This document shows, in pieces, positions 32,089 through 41,138 of a stretch of 64,000 nt of DNA (its first letter is position 1; each line of letters starts with the position of its first letter). The stretch is from an uncultured Alphaproteobacteria bacterium (GTDB lineage Bacteria; Pseudomonadota; Alphaproteobacteria; HIMB59; GCA-002718135). A program made the position numbers and the translations under genes. A model generated the notes under the pieces. That model ran no database searches. It was not told where the DNA came from and was given only the letters and a program-made list of their open reading frames with translations. The stretch covers positions 1,637-65,636 of the forward strand of contig CACIED010000004.1 of the NCBI GenBank assembly GCA_902585605.1, in the 5' to 3' direction.

Positions 32089-32873
32089 TGTTTGAGTTTC
32101 AATATTTTATCATTGGTATTGTCCAAGGATTTACTGAATTTTTGCCAATTAGTTCTTCTGGTCATTTAGTTCTTGTATCAGAACTTATGGTTTGGCAAGA
32201 TCAAGGTATTTTCACTGATGTCGCTGTTCATATTGGAACATTAATAGCAGTTATAATTTATCTAAGATCACATATAATAGTATTATTTTATAATTTTCTT
32301 TCTTTTAAATTTGCTGCAAATGATAATTTAATTAAAATTATTATTGCAACAATACCTGCTGTTATAGTTGGTTTTTTTATTTTTGATTTAGTTCAATTAT
32401 ATTTTCGAGATATCAAAGTTGTTGCAGTATCAAGTGTTGTTTTTGCTGCTTTATTATTTGTAGCAGATCATTTTAAGATGAAAATATCATCTTGGGAGAA
32501 TATGAGTTATTTGCAAGCCTTTATCATTGGTTTATTTCAAGTTTTAGCATTTATACCTGGGGCAAGTAGAGCAGGTGTTACAATTACTGGAGCACGTTTT
32601 TTGGGTTTTGATAGATCATCATCAGCAATATTTTCTATGCTTTTATCCATTCCAATTATTTTAGCATCTTTAGTCTTAACAAGCTTAGATTTAGTAATTA
32701 GTGATGAAACAAATGTTAATTTATATAAATCTTTATTTGCTGGAGTTGTAGCATGTATTACTGCACTATTATCAATAAATATTATGATGCTAATAATACA
32801 AAGATCAACCTATAATATATTTATTATTTATAGAGTTATTTTAGGTTTTATATTATTATACTTCTATGCTTAA
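32088..32873 (+). CDS. uppP: Undecaprenyl-diphosphate phosphatase
   Basis: QGFTEFLPISSSGHL, IPGASRAG. Confidence 0.95.
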   Translation: MFEFQYFIIGIVQGFTEFLPISSSGHLVLVSELMVWQDQGIFTDVAVHIGTLIAVIIYLRSHIIVLFYNFLSFKFAANDNLIKIIIATIPAVIVGFFIFDLVQLYFRDIKVVAVSSVVFAALLFVADHFKMKISSWENMSYLQAFIIGLFQVLAFIPGASRAGVTITGARFLGFDRSSSAIFSMLLSIPIILASLVLTSLDLVISDETNVNLYKSLFAGVVACITALLSINIMMLIIQRSTYNIFIIYRVILGFILLYFYA

Positions 32874-33795
32874 GATAAGTGGAGTTTTCAGTGCAGCTTT
32901 AACTCCAGTTAAATCTGATCTTACAATTAATCAGGATCTTTATTTACGTCATTGTCAGCATCTTATGAGACAAGGCCATGATGGTCTTGCAATTTTTGGC
33001 ACGACAGGTGAGGCAAATTCATTTAGTCTTGTTGAAAAAAAAAGTAATATAGAGTTCTTAATAGAAAATAGAATTGATTCAAAAGTTTTGATACCAGGTA
33101 CTGGATCATCTTCTTTAAATGATGCCATTGCAATGACAAAGCATGCTTCAAAAATGAATGTTAGGGCGGTTTTGCTTTTGCCCCCATTCTTTTATAAAAA
33201 TGTAACAGATGAAGGTGTTATAAATTATTATAGAAATATTATTGAAAGTGTTGAAAACAGTAATTTTCAATATTTACTTTATCACATTCCTCAGAATACT
33301 TATGTTCCAATTAATTTTAAAATAATTGAAACATTGTTAAAACTATATCCAAACAACGTTGTTGGATTGAAAGACTCAAGTGGAAATTATGATAATATGT
33401 TAAAATTAATTAAATATTTTAATGATTTTGCTGTTTTTTGTGGAGATGACTCTATTGCTTTAAATGTAGTTAAAAGGGGAGGGGCTGGAGCAATAACTGC
33501 AGGTACAAATGTATCTGGTAAATTATTGTGTCATATTTTAAAAAATTTCAATAATGAAAACAATTTAAAAAATTTTAATGAATTACAAGATCTTCAAATT
33601 AAAATTAGGAAAACTGTTACTTCAGTAGAGTTAATAAGTTTAATGAAAGCTTTTTTTTCTATAGAAGATAATATACCTGAGTGGAACAATGTGCTACCGC
33701 CTTTAAAAAAAATTGAAGATCCCAAAAATCATAAAACTGTTTTGCTACTAAAAGAATTAGTAAATAAGATAGATCCGCTAATATCGAATTCTTGA
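32866..33795 (+). CDS. DapA/NanA-family class I aldolase (substrate uncertain)
   Basis: GTTGEA, LYHIP (catalytic Tyr), GLKDSSG (Schiff-base Lys). Confidence 0.85.
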   Translation: MLKISGVFSAALTPVKSDLTINQDLYLRHCQHLMRQGHDGLAIFGTTGEANSFSLVEKKSNIEFLIENRIDSKVLIPGTGSSSLNDAIAMTKHASKMNVRAVLLLPPFFYKNVTDEGVINYYRNIIESVENSNFQYLLYHIPQNTYVPINFKIIETLLKLYPNNVVGLKDSSGNYDNMLKLIKYFNDFAVFCGDDSIALNVVKRGGAGAITAGTNVSGKLLCHILKNFNNENNLKNFNELQDLQIKIRKTVTSVELISLMKAFFSIEDNIPEWNNVLPPLKKIEDPKNHKTVLLLKELVNKIDPLISNS

Positions 33796-34137
33796 ATTAA
33801 AAAATTTTTTAGCTAGACCTGAAATTAAATTTTGAACAGGTTTAAGAAAAACTGCAAACCCAATACAGTCAGTAAAAAATCCAGGAGTAATTAATAGTAA
33901 ACCTGATACTAATAGAAATATACCACCCTTTATTTCTTCAGTGGGCATTACACCTTGAGATAAATTTCTTTGTGCATCAAACAATAATTTAACTCCTTGT
34001 CTTCGTACAAGAAATATTCCAACTAAAGCAGTAGTAAGTATAATTGCAATAGTATTTAAAATTCCTATACTAGAGCCAATTGTAATAAAAATACTTATTT
34101 CAATAATCGGAATTATTATAAAGGCTAGAAAAATCAC
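33778..34137 (-). CDS. fxsA: FxsA family membrane protein
   Basis: PIIEISIFITIG, LLITPGFFTD. Confidence 0.9.
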   Translation of the reverse strand: MIFLAFIIIPIIEISIFITIGSSIGILNTIAIILTTALVGIFLVRRQGVKLLFDAQRNLSQGVMPTEEIKGGIFLLVSGLLLITPGFFTDCIGFAVFLKPVQNLISGLAKKFFNSRIRY

Positions 34138-35138
34138 TAGCGTACTATACCAGTTTTTTCATCCTCAATGTTTTTTTCTATTTTATTCTCAAATTCTCTT
34201 AATCTTTTATAGACACTAGCTAATTCAATAATTGTAGGCCATGCTCTAAATAAGTATTGAAGTGAACCTTCTACTCTTCCGAAAGCTCTTATAATTTGTT
34301 GCATAACACCGAGTGTCATTACTCCAGCTACAATTGCTGGCGCTAAAAAAATGTAAGCAGCAAGAACGTTAGCTTGTAGATAGGCTAATCTACCTATACT
34401 AAAATAGAGATAGTACAAATAACTTTTGAAGTGAATTTGCCTTACACCATCAAAAAGTTCTTCTAAAGATTTAGGTCTAATACTTCCATCATCCTCAGCA
34501 ATAACCAAAATTTTTCTGTAAGCCGCTTCTTTCTTTTGAAGATCATATTCAATCCCTACTAATCTTAATAACCATGCTAGTACAATCATTAAAATTGTAC
34601 CACCTACTGCCCATATAAACGCTCCAGATACTAAACCATACTGCCAGTCACCAAACCACAAGATCGGTATACCAACTGAAAGAGTCATTAAAAGAGGGAA
34701 AAACTCTACTAGAACCAAAACTGACTCAATTAAGCTTGTTCCAAGACCTTCCATAATTCTACTAAACTTTATGGTATCTTCTTGAACCCTTTGACTTGCA
34801 CCTTCAATAGTTCTCGCTTGATCATAAACACTATGGTACCACTCAACCATTGCAGTTCTCCATCTAAAAAGAAAATGTGAAGTTAGAAATGAAATTGCTA
34901 GTCCTAATGCAATTGAAATAGCAGCTAATTGAGCAAAGCTAAAAAGAGCTCCCATATATTCTTGCATGGTTATAGCATTTGGCGTTCCAAGTGCTTTTTG
35001 AATCATGTCGTAAAATTCACCAAACCATTCATTTATTTGTACATCGATTTGAACTTGAACCCATATAGAAGTAAGAATAACTACAGATCCTACATAAGCC
35101 CACACGTACCATTTTGGTTCAGTGAAAAATTTAAACAT
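34137..35138 (-). CDS. sbmA: SbmA/BacA-like peptide transporter
   Basis: INEWFGEFYD, FRWRTAM, IEGASQRVQEDT, QKKEAAYRK, QIIRAFGRV. Confidence 0.9.
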   Translation of the reverse strand: MFKFFTEPKWYVWAYVGSVVILTSIWVQVQIDVQINEWFGEFYDMIQKALGTPNAITMQEYMGALFSFAQLAAISIALGLAISFLTSHFLFRWRTAMVEWYHSVYDQARTIEGASQRVQEDTIKFSRIMEGLGTSLIESVLVLVEFFPLLMTLSVGIPILWFGDWQYGLVSGAFIWAVGGTILMIVLAWLLRLVGIEYDLQKKEAAYRKILVIAEDDGSIRPKSLEELFDGVRQIHFKSYLYYLYFSIGRLAYLQANVLAAYIFLAPAIVAGVMTLGVMQQIIRAFGRVEGSLQYLFRAWPTIIELASVYKRLREFENKIEKNIEDEKTGIVR

Positions 35139-35189
35139 TTAATATATATAGATTTAATTGTTATTAAAAAAAGAAGCTGAAAGTATTAG

Positions 35190-35273
35190 TTATTTCTTCT
35201 TTTGACGTTTCTTGTTTCTTCTATATTTAGAGCCTCTTTTACGTCTACCTCTATGTTTTTTTGGATATCCCAT
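35190..35273 (-). CDS. 27-aa Lys/Arg-rich peptide (not in the ORF track)
   Basis: ATG..TAA frame MGYPKKHRGRRKRGSKYRRNKKRQKKK. Fills most of the lysR-sbmA gap and has a promoter-like sequence upstream. Confidence 0.7.
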   Translation of the reverse strand: MGYPKKHRGRRKRGSKYRRNKKRQKKK

Positions 35274-35284
35274 AATATAGATAC

Positions 35285-35312
35285 GGTATACAAAAATAAA
35301 AAATTAAGTCAA
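35285..35312 (-). promoter_or_regulatory. Putative sigma70 promoter for the 27-aa ORF
   Basis: Minus strand TTGACT, 16-nt spacer, TATACC, ending 11 nt before the ATG. Confidence 0.4.
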
Positions 35313-35315
35313 AGA

Positions 35316-36203
35316 CTAATAGTGCCAATCTTTAGCTTCATTAAATAAAAAATCCCTAAAAACTTCAAGTCTTCTATCATTTTTAAAAGATTCAGAATAA
35401 ACAAAGTATGTTTGATATGATGGGCCTTCTAAGTTTGGTAGAACGCGTACAAGTTGAGGTTTGTCTGAAACCATATAATCGGGCAAAGATGCTAAACCAC
35501 CACCTTTTTCAACAGCAAGTGACATCGCATAAATACTATTTACTCTAAATTTAGGTCTTCTTTTTACACCTTCTTTACCGATTTTTAATATCCAGTCAAT
35601 ATTTGAGATAGGAGAAGGTAAGCCAGCTCCAAAGCAGATTAAATCATGTTTATCTAAATCATTAACATTTCTTGGTATGCCACTTTTCTGCAAATAATCT
35701 GAAGAACCATAAATATGGTTGTGAAAGTTAACAAATTTTTTAAAAATTAAATTTGCTTGTGTTGGTTTTTTTACTCTAACTGCAACATCAGCTACTCTTG
35801 CTGCTAGATCAACTTCTTCGTCGCTCATTACAAGACTTACATCAATTTCAGGATACTGATTAGCAAATTTATTTATTCTTGGAGTTAACCAAGTTGAACC
35901 AAAACCAACTGTTGTACTTACAGTTAATTTTCCAACTGGTTTAGTTTTTTTATCTAATAATTTTTTTTCAAAATCGGAAATAGAAAAATTAATTTGATTT
36001 ACAGTATTAAATAAATTTTCACCTTGCTCTGTTAATCTTACGCCTTTTTGATGTCTTATAAATAAAGGTGTTTTTAAGTCATATTCGAGATCTTGTATTT
36101 GTCTGCTAAGTGCGGATTGACTGATATTAAGTTTAGCACTTGCTTTAGAAATACTTCTTGATATTGCAATTTCGTAAAATGATTTTAATTTATCCCAGTC
36201 CAT
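35316..36203 (-). CDS. LysR-family regulator, LsrB/VtlR-like
   Basis: MDWDKLK..SQSALSRQI HTH, VGFGSTWL, and a C-terminal VFRDFL...KDWHY resembling the conserved alphaproteobacterial LsrB/VtlR clade. Confidence 0.85.
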   Translation of the reverse strand: MDWDKLKSFYEIAISRSISKASAKLNISQSALSRQIQDLEYDLKTPLFIRHQKGVRLTEQGENLFNTVNQINFSISDFEKKLLDKKTKPVGKLTVSTTVGFGSTWLTPRINKFANQYPEIDVSLVMSDEEVDLAARVADVAVRVKKPTQANLIFKKFVNFHNHIYGSSDYLQKSGIPRNVNDLDKHDLICFGAGLPSPISNIDWILKIGKEGVKRRPKFRVNSIYAMSLAVEKGGGLASLPDYMVSDKPQLVRVLPNLEGPSYQTYFVYSESFKNDRRLEVFRDFLFNEAKDWHY

Positions 36204-36850
36204 TATCTTAAGGAATTTATAATTTCGCTATATTTTTTTTGATTATGAGATAATAAATAAGATCCTACTGCTAACACATTAGCACCATTATCTTTACATA
36301 TTTTTGCATTTTCATTATTTACTCCACCATCAACAGCTATGTCGTAGTTATAATTATTATTTTTTCTAATTTCATCTAAATCTTTAATTTTTTTCACTTG
36401 CTCATGCATAAATTTTTGACCACCAAAACCAGGTGTGACTGTCATAACTATTATTTGTTGCACTTTACTTAATAAATGATCAATATCTGCAATATTTACC
36501 TTAGGGTGAATGGCTATTCCTGCTTTAATTTCAGTATCACTTATCATTTTAATAATTTCTTCTGGGTTATCATCAGCCTCAGGATGAAAAGTAATGATAT
36601 CTGAGCCAGCTTCTACAAATTCATTGATATATTTCTTTACCGGTTTAATCATGAGATGCACATCTAAAATTTTAGAGGTAACCTTTCTTAATGATTTAAC
36701 TATATTTGGTCCAAAAGTAATATTGGGGACATAGTGACCATCCATGATGTCTATATGAATATAATCAGCGCCATTTAGATCTAAAGATCTAACTTCTTCT
36801 TCTAATTTAAGAATATCTGCTGATAATATTGATGGTGATATTTTTATCAT
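36203..36850 (-). CDS. rpe: Ribulose-phosphate 3-epimerase
   Basis: ISPSILSAD, HIDIMDGHYVPNITFG, MTVTPGFGGQKF, VDGG. Confidence 0.96.
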   Translation of the reverse strand: MIKISPSILSADILKLEEEVRSLDLNGADYIHIDIMDGHYVPNITFGPNIVKSLRKVTSKILDVHLMIKPVKKYINEFVEAGSDIITFHPEADDNPEEIIKMISDTEIKAGIAIHPKVNIADIDHLLSKVQQIIVMTVTPGFGGQKFMHEQVKKIKDLDEIRKNNNYNYDIAVDGGVNNENAKICKDNGANVLAVGSYLLSHNQKKYSEIINSLR

Positions 36851-36888
36851 TTATAAATAGATATATAATATATAAATAAACATTCATA

Positions 36889-37233
36889 ATGAATTCTATC
36901 ACAGAAAAACCTTGGGGATCATTTGAGATACTAAAGTCAGGTAAAAAATTCCTAGTAAAAAAAATTTTTGTAAAACCAGGAGGAGTTTTATCTCTTCAAA
37001 GTCATGAACATAGATCTGAGCATTGGATTGTAGCTGAAGGAGAAGCTGAAGTCACAATTGACAAAAAAGTAATTAATTTAAAAGAAAATGAAAACATTTT
37101 TATTCCTAAAGGGGCAATTCATAGAATGGCTAATAGAAAAGATCTCGATTTAGTTATTATAGAAATGTGGTACGGTGATAATCTTAATGAAAATGATATT
37201 ACAAGGTACGAAGATATTTATGAAAGAATTTAA
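36889..37233 (+). CDS. Cupin, mannose-6-phosphate isomerase type II C-terminal-like
   Basis: KPWG, LSLQSHEHRSEHW, DITRYED. Confidence 0.88.
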   Translation: MNSITEKPWGSFEILKSGKKFLVKKIFVKPGGVLSLQSHEHRSEHWIVAEGEAEVTIDKKVINLKENENIFIPKGAIHRMANRKDLDLVIIEMWYGDNLNENDITRYEDIYERI

Positions 37234-37616
37234 TGCTTATTAATACTCCTATATCGCTTGGCGAACTTGTAGATAAAATTTCTATATTAATTATTAAACA
37301 GAAAAATATAACTGATGAAACTAAGCTTGATCATGTCAAAAAAGAATTAGATTTTCTCCAAAAGACATTGATGAATTATGTTCAACAAGAAGAAATAAAT
37401 AATTATTTAGAAAATTTGATAAACATTAATTCTAAACTCTGGAATATAGAAGATGATATTAGGGAGTGCGAAAGAAAAAAATTATTTGATCAATCATTTA
37501 TTGATTTAGCTAGAAGTGTCTATTTTACAAATGATGAAAGAGCAAAAGTAAAAAATGATATTAATAAAACCTTTGGCTCTGAATTAGTAGAGGTAAAATC
37601 TTACGAGGAATATTAA
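37233..37616 (+). CDS. DUF6165-like conserved hypothetical protein
   Basis: ISLGELVDKISIL, LWNIEDDIRECE, ARSVYFTND, EVKSYEEY. Confidence 0.75.
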   Translation: MLINTPISLGELVDKISILIIKQKNITDETKLDHVKKELDFLQKTLMNYVQQEEINNYLENLININSKLWNIEDDIRECERKKLFDQSFIDLARSVYFTNDERAKVKNDINKTFGSELVEVKSYEEY

Positions 37617-38654
37617 TTAATAAATTCTTGAAACACTTTTTGTAACAAGAGATACTAATTTTTCTTTGTAAATGTTATCTTTAAATATATCAACTGAATC
37701 TACAGCTACATTTGAAAAGTGATTAGCTCTTGTTAGAGTATCCTCAATACATTGGTATTTATTTATTATTTCTAAAGCCATTTCAAAATCACCATCATTT
37801 TGGTTAAGATCAGATATTACTCTTTCCCAAAACTTTTTTTCTTTATCATTTGATCTTCCATAAGCTAAAATTATTGGAAGAGTAATTTTACCTTCTTTAA
37901 AATCATCTCCAGTATTTTTTCCTAATATTTTTTTGTTTGAAGAATAATCAATAGCATCGTCAATTAATTGAAAAGTCATGCCAAAGTTTGTTCCAAATGA
38001 TTTCAATGCATTAACCTCGGCTTCTGTTCCAAGACCACTAATTGATCCAACTTGACATGCTGCACTAAATAAAGAGGCAGTCTTTGCATTTACAACTTCA
38101 AAATAAATATTTTCATTTATTTCTAAATTTTTATCATTAACAAGTTCTAAAACTTCTCCTTCAGAAATTACAACACTAGTATCTGCTAATATTTTTAACG
38201 TTTCAGTATTTCCATATTTTGTCATTAGTTGAAAAGCTCTACTGAATAAAAAATCACCAACTAATACACTTGTTTTATTTTTCCATTTCTCATTTGCTGT
38301 AGGTTTTCCTCGTCTTTGTTTACTCTCATCTATTACATCATCATGTAATAGTGTTGCTGTGTGAATAAATTCTACTGCTGCAGATAGACCGATATGATTC
38401 ATTTTATTTTCAATTTCACTAGTTCCATTTCTTGTCATATGAAAACTTGAAACAGTTAAAAGAGGTCGTAATCTTTTACCACCTGATAAGATAAGGTATT
38501 TTCCAACTTCATGAACTAAGGGTACATTACTATCTAATTTATCAAGAATTATGGTGTTTACGGATACTAAATCTTCTTTACATAAATCTGTTAATTCTCT
38601 GATTTCATCTTCAAATGAAAAATCTTTTTTTCTAAGTGGAAGAACATTATCCAT
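37617..38654 (-). CDS. ispB: Polyprenyl diphosphate synthase
   Basis: GGKRLRP, LLHDDVID..RRG, FQLIDD, GDDFKEGK. Confidence 0.92.
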   Translation of the reverse strand: MDNVLPLRKKDFSFEDEIRELTDLCKEDLVSVNTIILDKLDSNVPLVHEVGKYLILSGGKRLRPLLTVSSFHMTRNGTSEIENKMNHIGLSAAVEFIHTATLLHDDVIDESKQRRGKPTANEKWKNKTSVLVGDFLFSRAFQLMTKYGNTETLKILADTSVVISEGEVLELVNDKNLEINENIYFEVVNAKTASLFSAACQVGSISGLGTEAEVNALKSFGTNFGMTFQLIDDAIDYSSNKKILGKNTGDDFKEGKITLPIILAYGRSNDKEKKFWERVISDLNQNDGDFEMALEIINKYQCIEDTLTRANHFSNVAVDSVDIFKDNIYKEKLVSLVTKSVSRIY

Positions 38655-38783
38655 ATTGTTTAACTATTAGAATATTATGCTAATTCATTAACTTAATTGA
38701 CGCACTTAAACTCAAATTACCAAAATTACAAACAAATGCTACATAACGCTTTAAGAAAAGATTAACATTTGTTATTAGATATT

Positions 38784-39599
38784 ATGTTTAAAAGGTTATT
38801 TTCAAAGAGTACTACAATACCAGTTTTACGTTTATCTGGCATTATATCATCACAGTCAGGCTTAACAGGCTCTGGTTTAGCAATCAATAATTTAGAAAAG
38901 TTAATTGATAAGTTATTTGCTGATAAAAAATCTCCTGTTGTAGGTTTGGTCATTAATTCACCTGGAGGTTCTCCTACACAATCCTCTTTAATAGCAAAAA
39001 AGATCATTGATCTGGCTAAGGAAAAAAACAAAAAAGTTTTAGCATTCGTTGAAGATGTTGCAGCTTCTGGTGGTTATTGGTTAGCATGTGCTGCTGATGA
39101 AATATATATTGATCAAAACTCTGTTATTGGATCAATAGGTGTTATTTCACCAGGTTTTGGTTTTGTTGATCTTCTAAAAAAAGTTGGAATTGAAAGAAGA
39201 GTGTATACATCTGGAAAAAGTAAAAGTTTTCTTGATCCTTTCAAAGAAGAAAAACAGGAAGACATTGATAGATTAAAAAATATTCAAGAACAAATTCATG
39301 ATAATTTTATTAATTATGTGAAAGAGAGAAGAGGTTCAAAACTCGATCAGAATAAATTGGATGACATCTTCTCTGGTTTATTTTGGGTTGGTAATAAAGC
39401 TATCGATTTAGGTTTAGCAGATGGTATTGGTGCAATAAAACCAATTTTAGAAGAGAAGTTAGGAAAAAAAATTAAAATTAAAATAATCAGTCAAAAAAAA
39501 TCATTTTTACAACGTAGATTTTCTTCTTCAATATTTAATTCTGATGAAATTGTAAATAAAATTGAAGAACGAATTATGTTTTCTAGGTTTGGCTTGTAA
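38784..39599 (+). CDS. S49 family peptidase (SppA-like)
   Basis: INSPGGS, AASGGY, GSIGV. Start placed at ATG 38784. Confidence 0.9.
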   Translation: MFKRLFSKSTTIPVLRLSGIISSQSGLTGSGLAINNLEKLIDKLFADKKSPVVGLVINSPGGSPTQSSLIAKKIIDLAKEKNKKVLAFVEDVAASGGYWLACAADEIYIDQNSVIGSIGVISPGFGFVDLLKKVGIERRVYTSGKSKSFLDPFKEEKQEDIDRLKNIQEQIHDNFINYVKERRGSKLDQNKLDDIFSGLFWVGNKAIDLGLADGIGAIKPILEEKLGKKIKIKIISQKKSFLQRRFSSSIFNSDEIVNKIEERIMFSRFGL

Positions 39600-39760
39600 T
39601 GAAATTTCTAGTTTTAGTTGTAATTTTAGCTTCTATTTTGTTATTTTTAAGATTTAAGAAAAAAAAACAAGACAAATTCACTAATAATAAAGTAAATAAT
39701 GACTCAGTAATCGATTTAGAGAAAGATCCAAAAACGAAAGAATATAAACCAAAAGATTAA
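39599..39760 (+). CDS. 53-aa single-TM protein (not in the ORF track)
   Basis: [23 protein letters not shown]...[22 protein letters not shown] coupling to the S49 stop; ends 7 nt before glyQS. Confidence 0.75.
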   Translation: MKFLVLVVILASILLFLRFKKKKQDKFTNNKVNNDSVIDLEKDPKTKEYKPKD

Positions 39761-39767
39761 GAGTTAT

Positions 39768-41129
39768 ATGACTGCACAAACAATGGAAGAGTTAGTTTCT
39801 CTTTGTAAAAGAAGAGGTTTTCTATTTCAATCAAATGATATCTATGGTGGTATTAAGGGGTTATATGATTATGGACCAATGGGCGTCGAGTTCAAAAATA
39901 ATCTTAAACAAGCTTGGTGGAAATCAATGGTATATGAAAGAGATGATACCGAAGGTTTGGATGCCTCAATTTTAAGTTCTCCAGTAGTTCTAAAACATTC
40001 AGGCCATGAAGATACTTTTACCGATCCTCTGGTTGATTGTCGGGCATGTAAGTCAAGGTGGAGAGCAGATCAATTATTTGAAAATAATAAATGCCCAAAT
40101 TGTAAATCGGAAGATCTTACTGAGCCAAGACCTTTTAATTTAATGTTTAAAACTGCAATTGGACCAGTAGATGATGGTTCGTCATTCGCATATTTAAGAC
40201 CAGAAACGTGTCAGCAAATTTTTACTAATTTTAAAAATATATTAGATTCAACTTCTAGAACTGTTCCTTTTGGTATCGCACAAATGGGAAAAGCATTTAG
40301 AAATGAAATAACACCTCGTAATTTTATCTTTAGAGTTAGAGAGTTTGAACAAATGGAATTAGAGTTTTTTGTTAAACCAGGTACTGATGATAAATGGCAT
40401 GAATATTGGATAAATAAGAGAATAGAATGGTGGGTTAATCAAGGCATAAAAAAAGAAAATTTAAAAAAAATTGAAGTAGAAAAAAATGAACTAGCTCACT
40501 ACTCAAAAAGAACTGTAGATATCAATTATGTGTTTCCTCACGGTGAAGAGGAACTAGAAGGGGTAGCCAATAGAACTGACTTTGACTTAGGCTCTCATAC
40601 TAAAAATCAAAACGATTTCAAAATTACTTCAGAAGTTATGAAAAATTCCTCTTCAACTTCAAAATTAGCTGTTCAAGATTTAGAAGAAAAAAAATGGTAT
40701 ATTCCTTACGTAATTGAGCCATCAGCTGGTGTTGATAGAGGAGTTCTTGCTTTGTTAAATGAAGCTTATCGTGAAGAAAATGTAGATAAAGATAATAAAA
40801 GAATTCTTTTATCTCTAAAACCTCATCTTTCACCTATTAAAGCTGCAGTTATTCCTCTCAAAAAGAATAATGAGGAATTAGTTAATTTATCTAAAGAAAT
40901 AAAATCTAATCTACAGAAATTGGGATTGGGTAGAGTTGTTTTAGAAAATTCAGGAAACATTGGTAAGAATTATAGAAGACATGATGAAATAGGAACACCA
41001 ATTTGTTTAACTGTAGATTTTGAAACTCTAGAAGATAAAAGTGTTACTGTTAGAGATAGAGATACTATGAAACAGGAAAGAGTTTCTATTGAAAATTTAT
41101 CTGAATATTACAAAAAATATTTTAATTAA
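39768..41129 (+). CDS. glyQS: Glycine--tRNA ligase, homodimeric (alpha2) type
   Basis: [51 protein letters not shown]; anticodon domain [10 protein letters not shown]. Confidence 0.95.
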   Translation: MTAQTMEELVSLCKRRGFLFQSNDIYGGIKGLYDYGPMGVEFKNNLKQAWWKSMVYERDDTEGLDASILSSPVVLKHSGHEDTFTDPLVDCRACKSRWRADQLFENNKCPNCKSEDLTEPRPFNLMFKTAIGPVDDGSSFAYLRPETCQQIFTNFKNILDSTSRTVPFGIAQMGKAFRNEITPRNFIFRVREFEQMELEFFVKPGTDDKWHEYWINKRIEWWVNQGIKKENLKKIEVEKNELAHYSKRTVDINYVFPHGEEELEGVANRTDFDLGSHTKNQNDFKITSEVMKNSSSTSKLAVQDLEEKKWYIPYVIEPSAGVDRGVLALLNEAYREENVDKDNKRILLSLKPHLSPIKAAVIPLKKNNEELVNLSKEIKSNLQKLGLGRVVLENSGNIGKNYRRHDEIGTPICLTVDFETLEDKSVTVRDRDTMKQERVSIENLSEYYKKYFN

Positions 41130-41138
41130 TAAAATTGT

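Noticed and set aside
38765-38792. dif-like sequence (TTATGTTTAAA resembles a XerD arm)
   Set aside because: No recognisable XerC arm, and the match overlaps the S49 start codon in AT-rich DNA.
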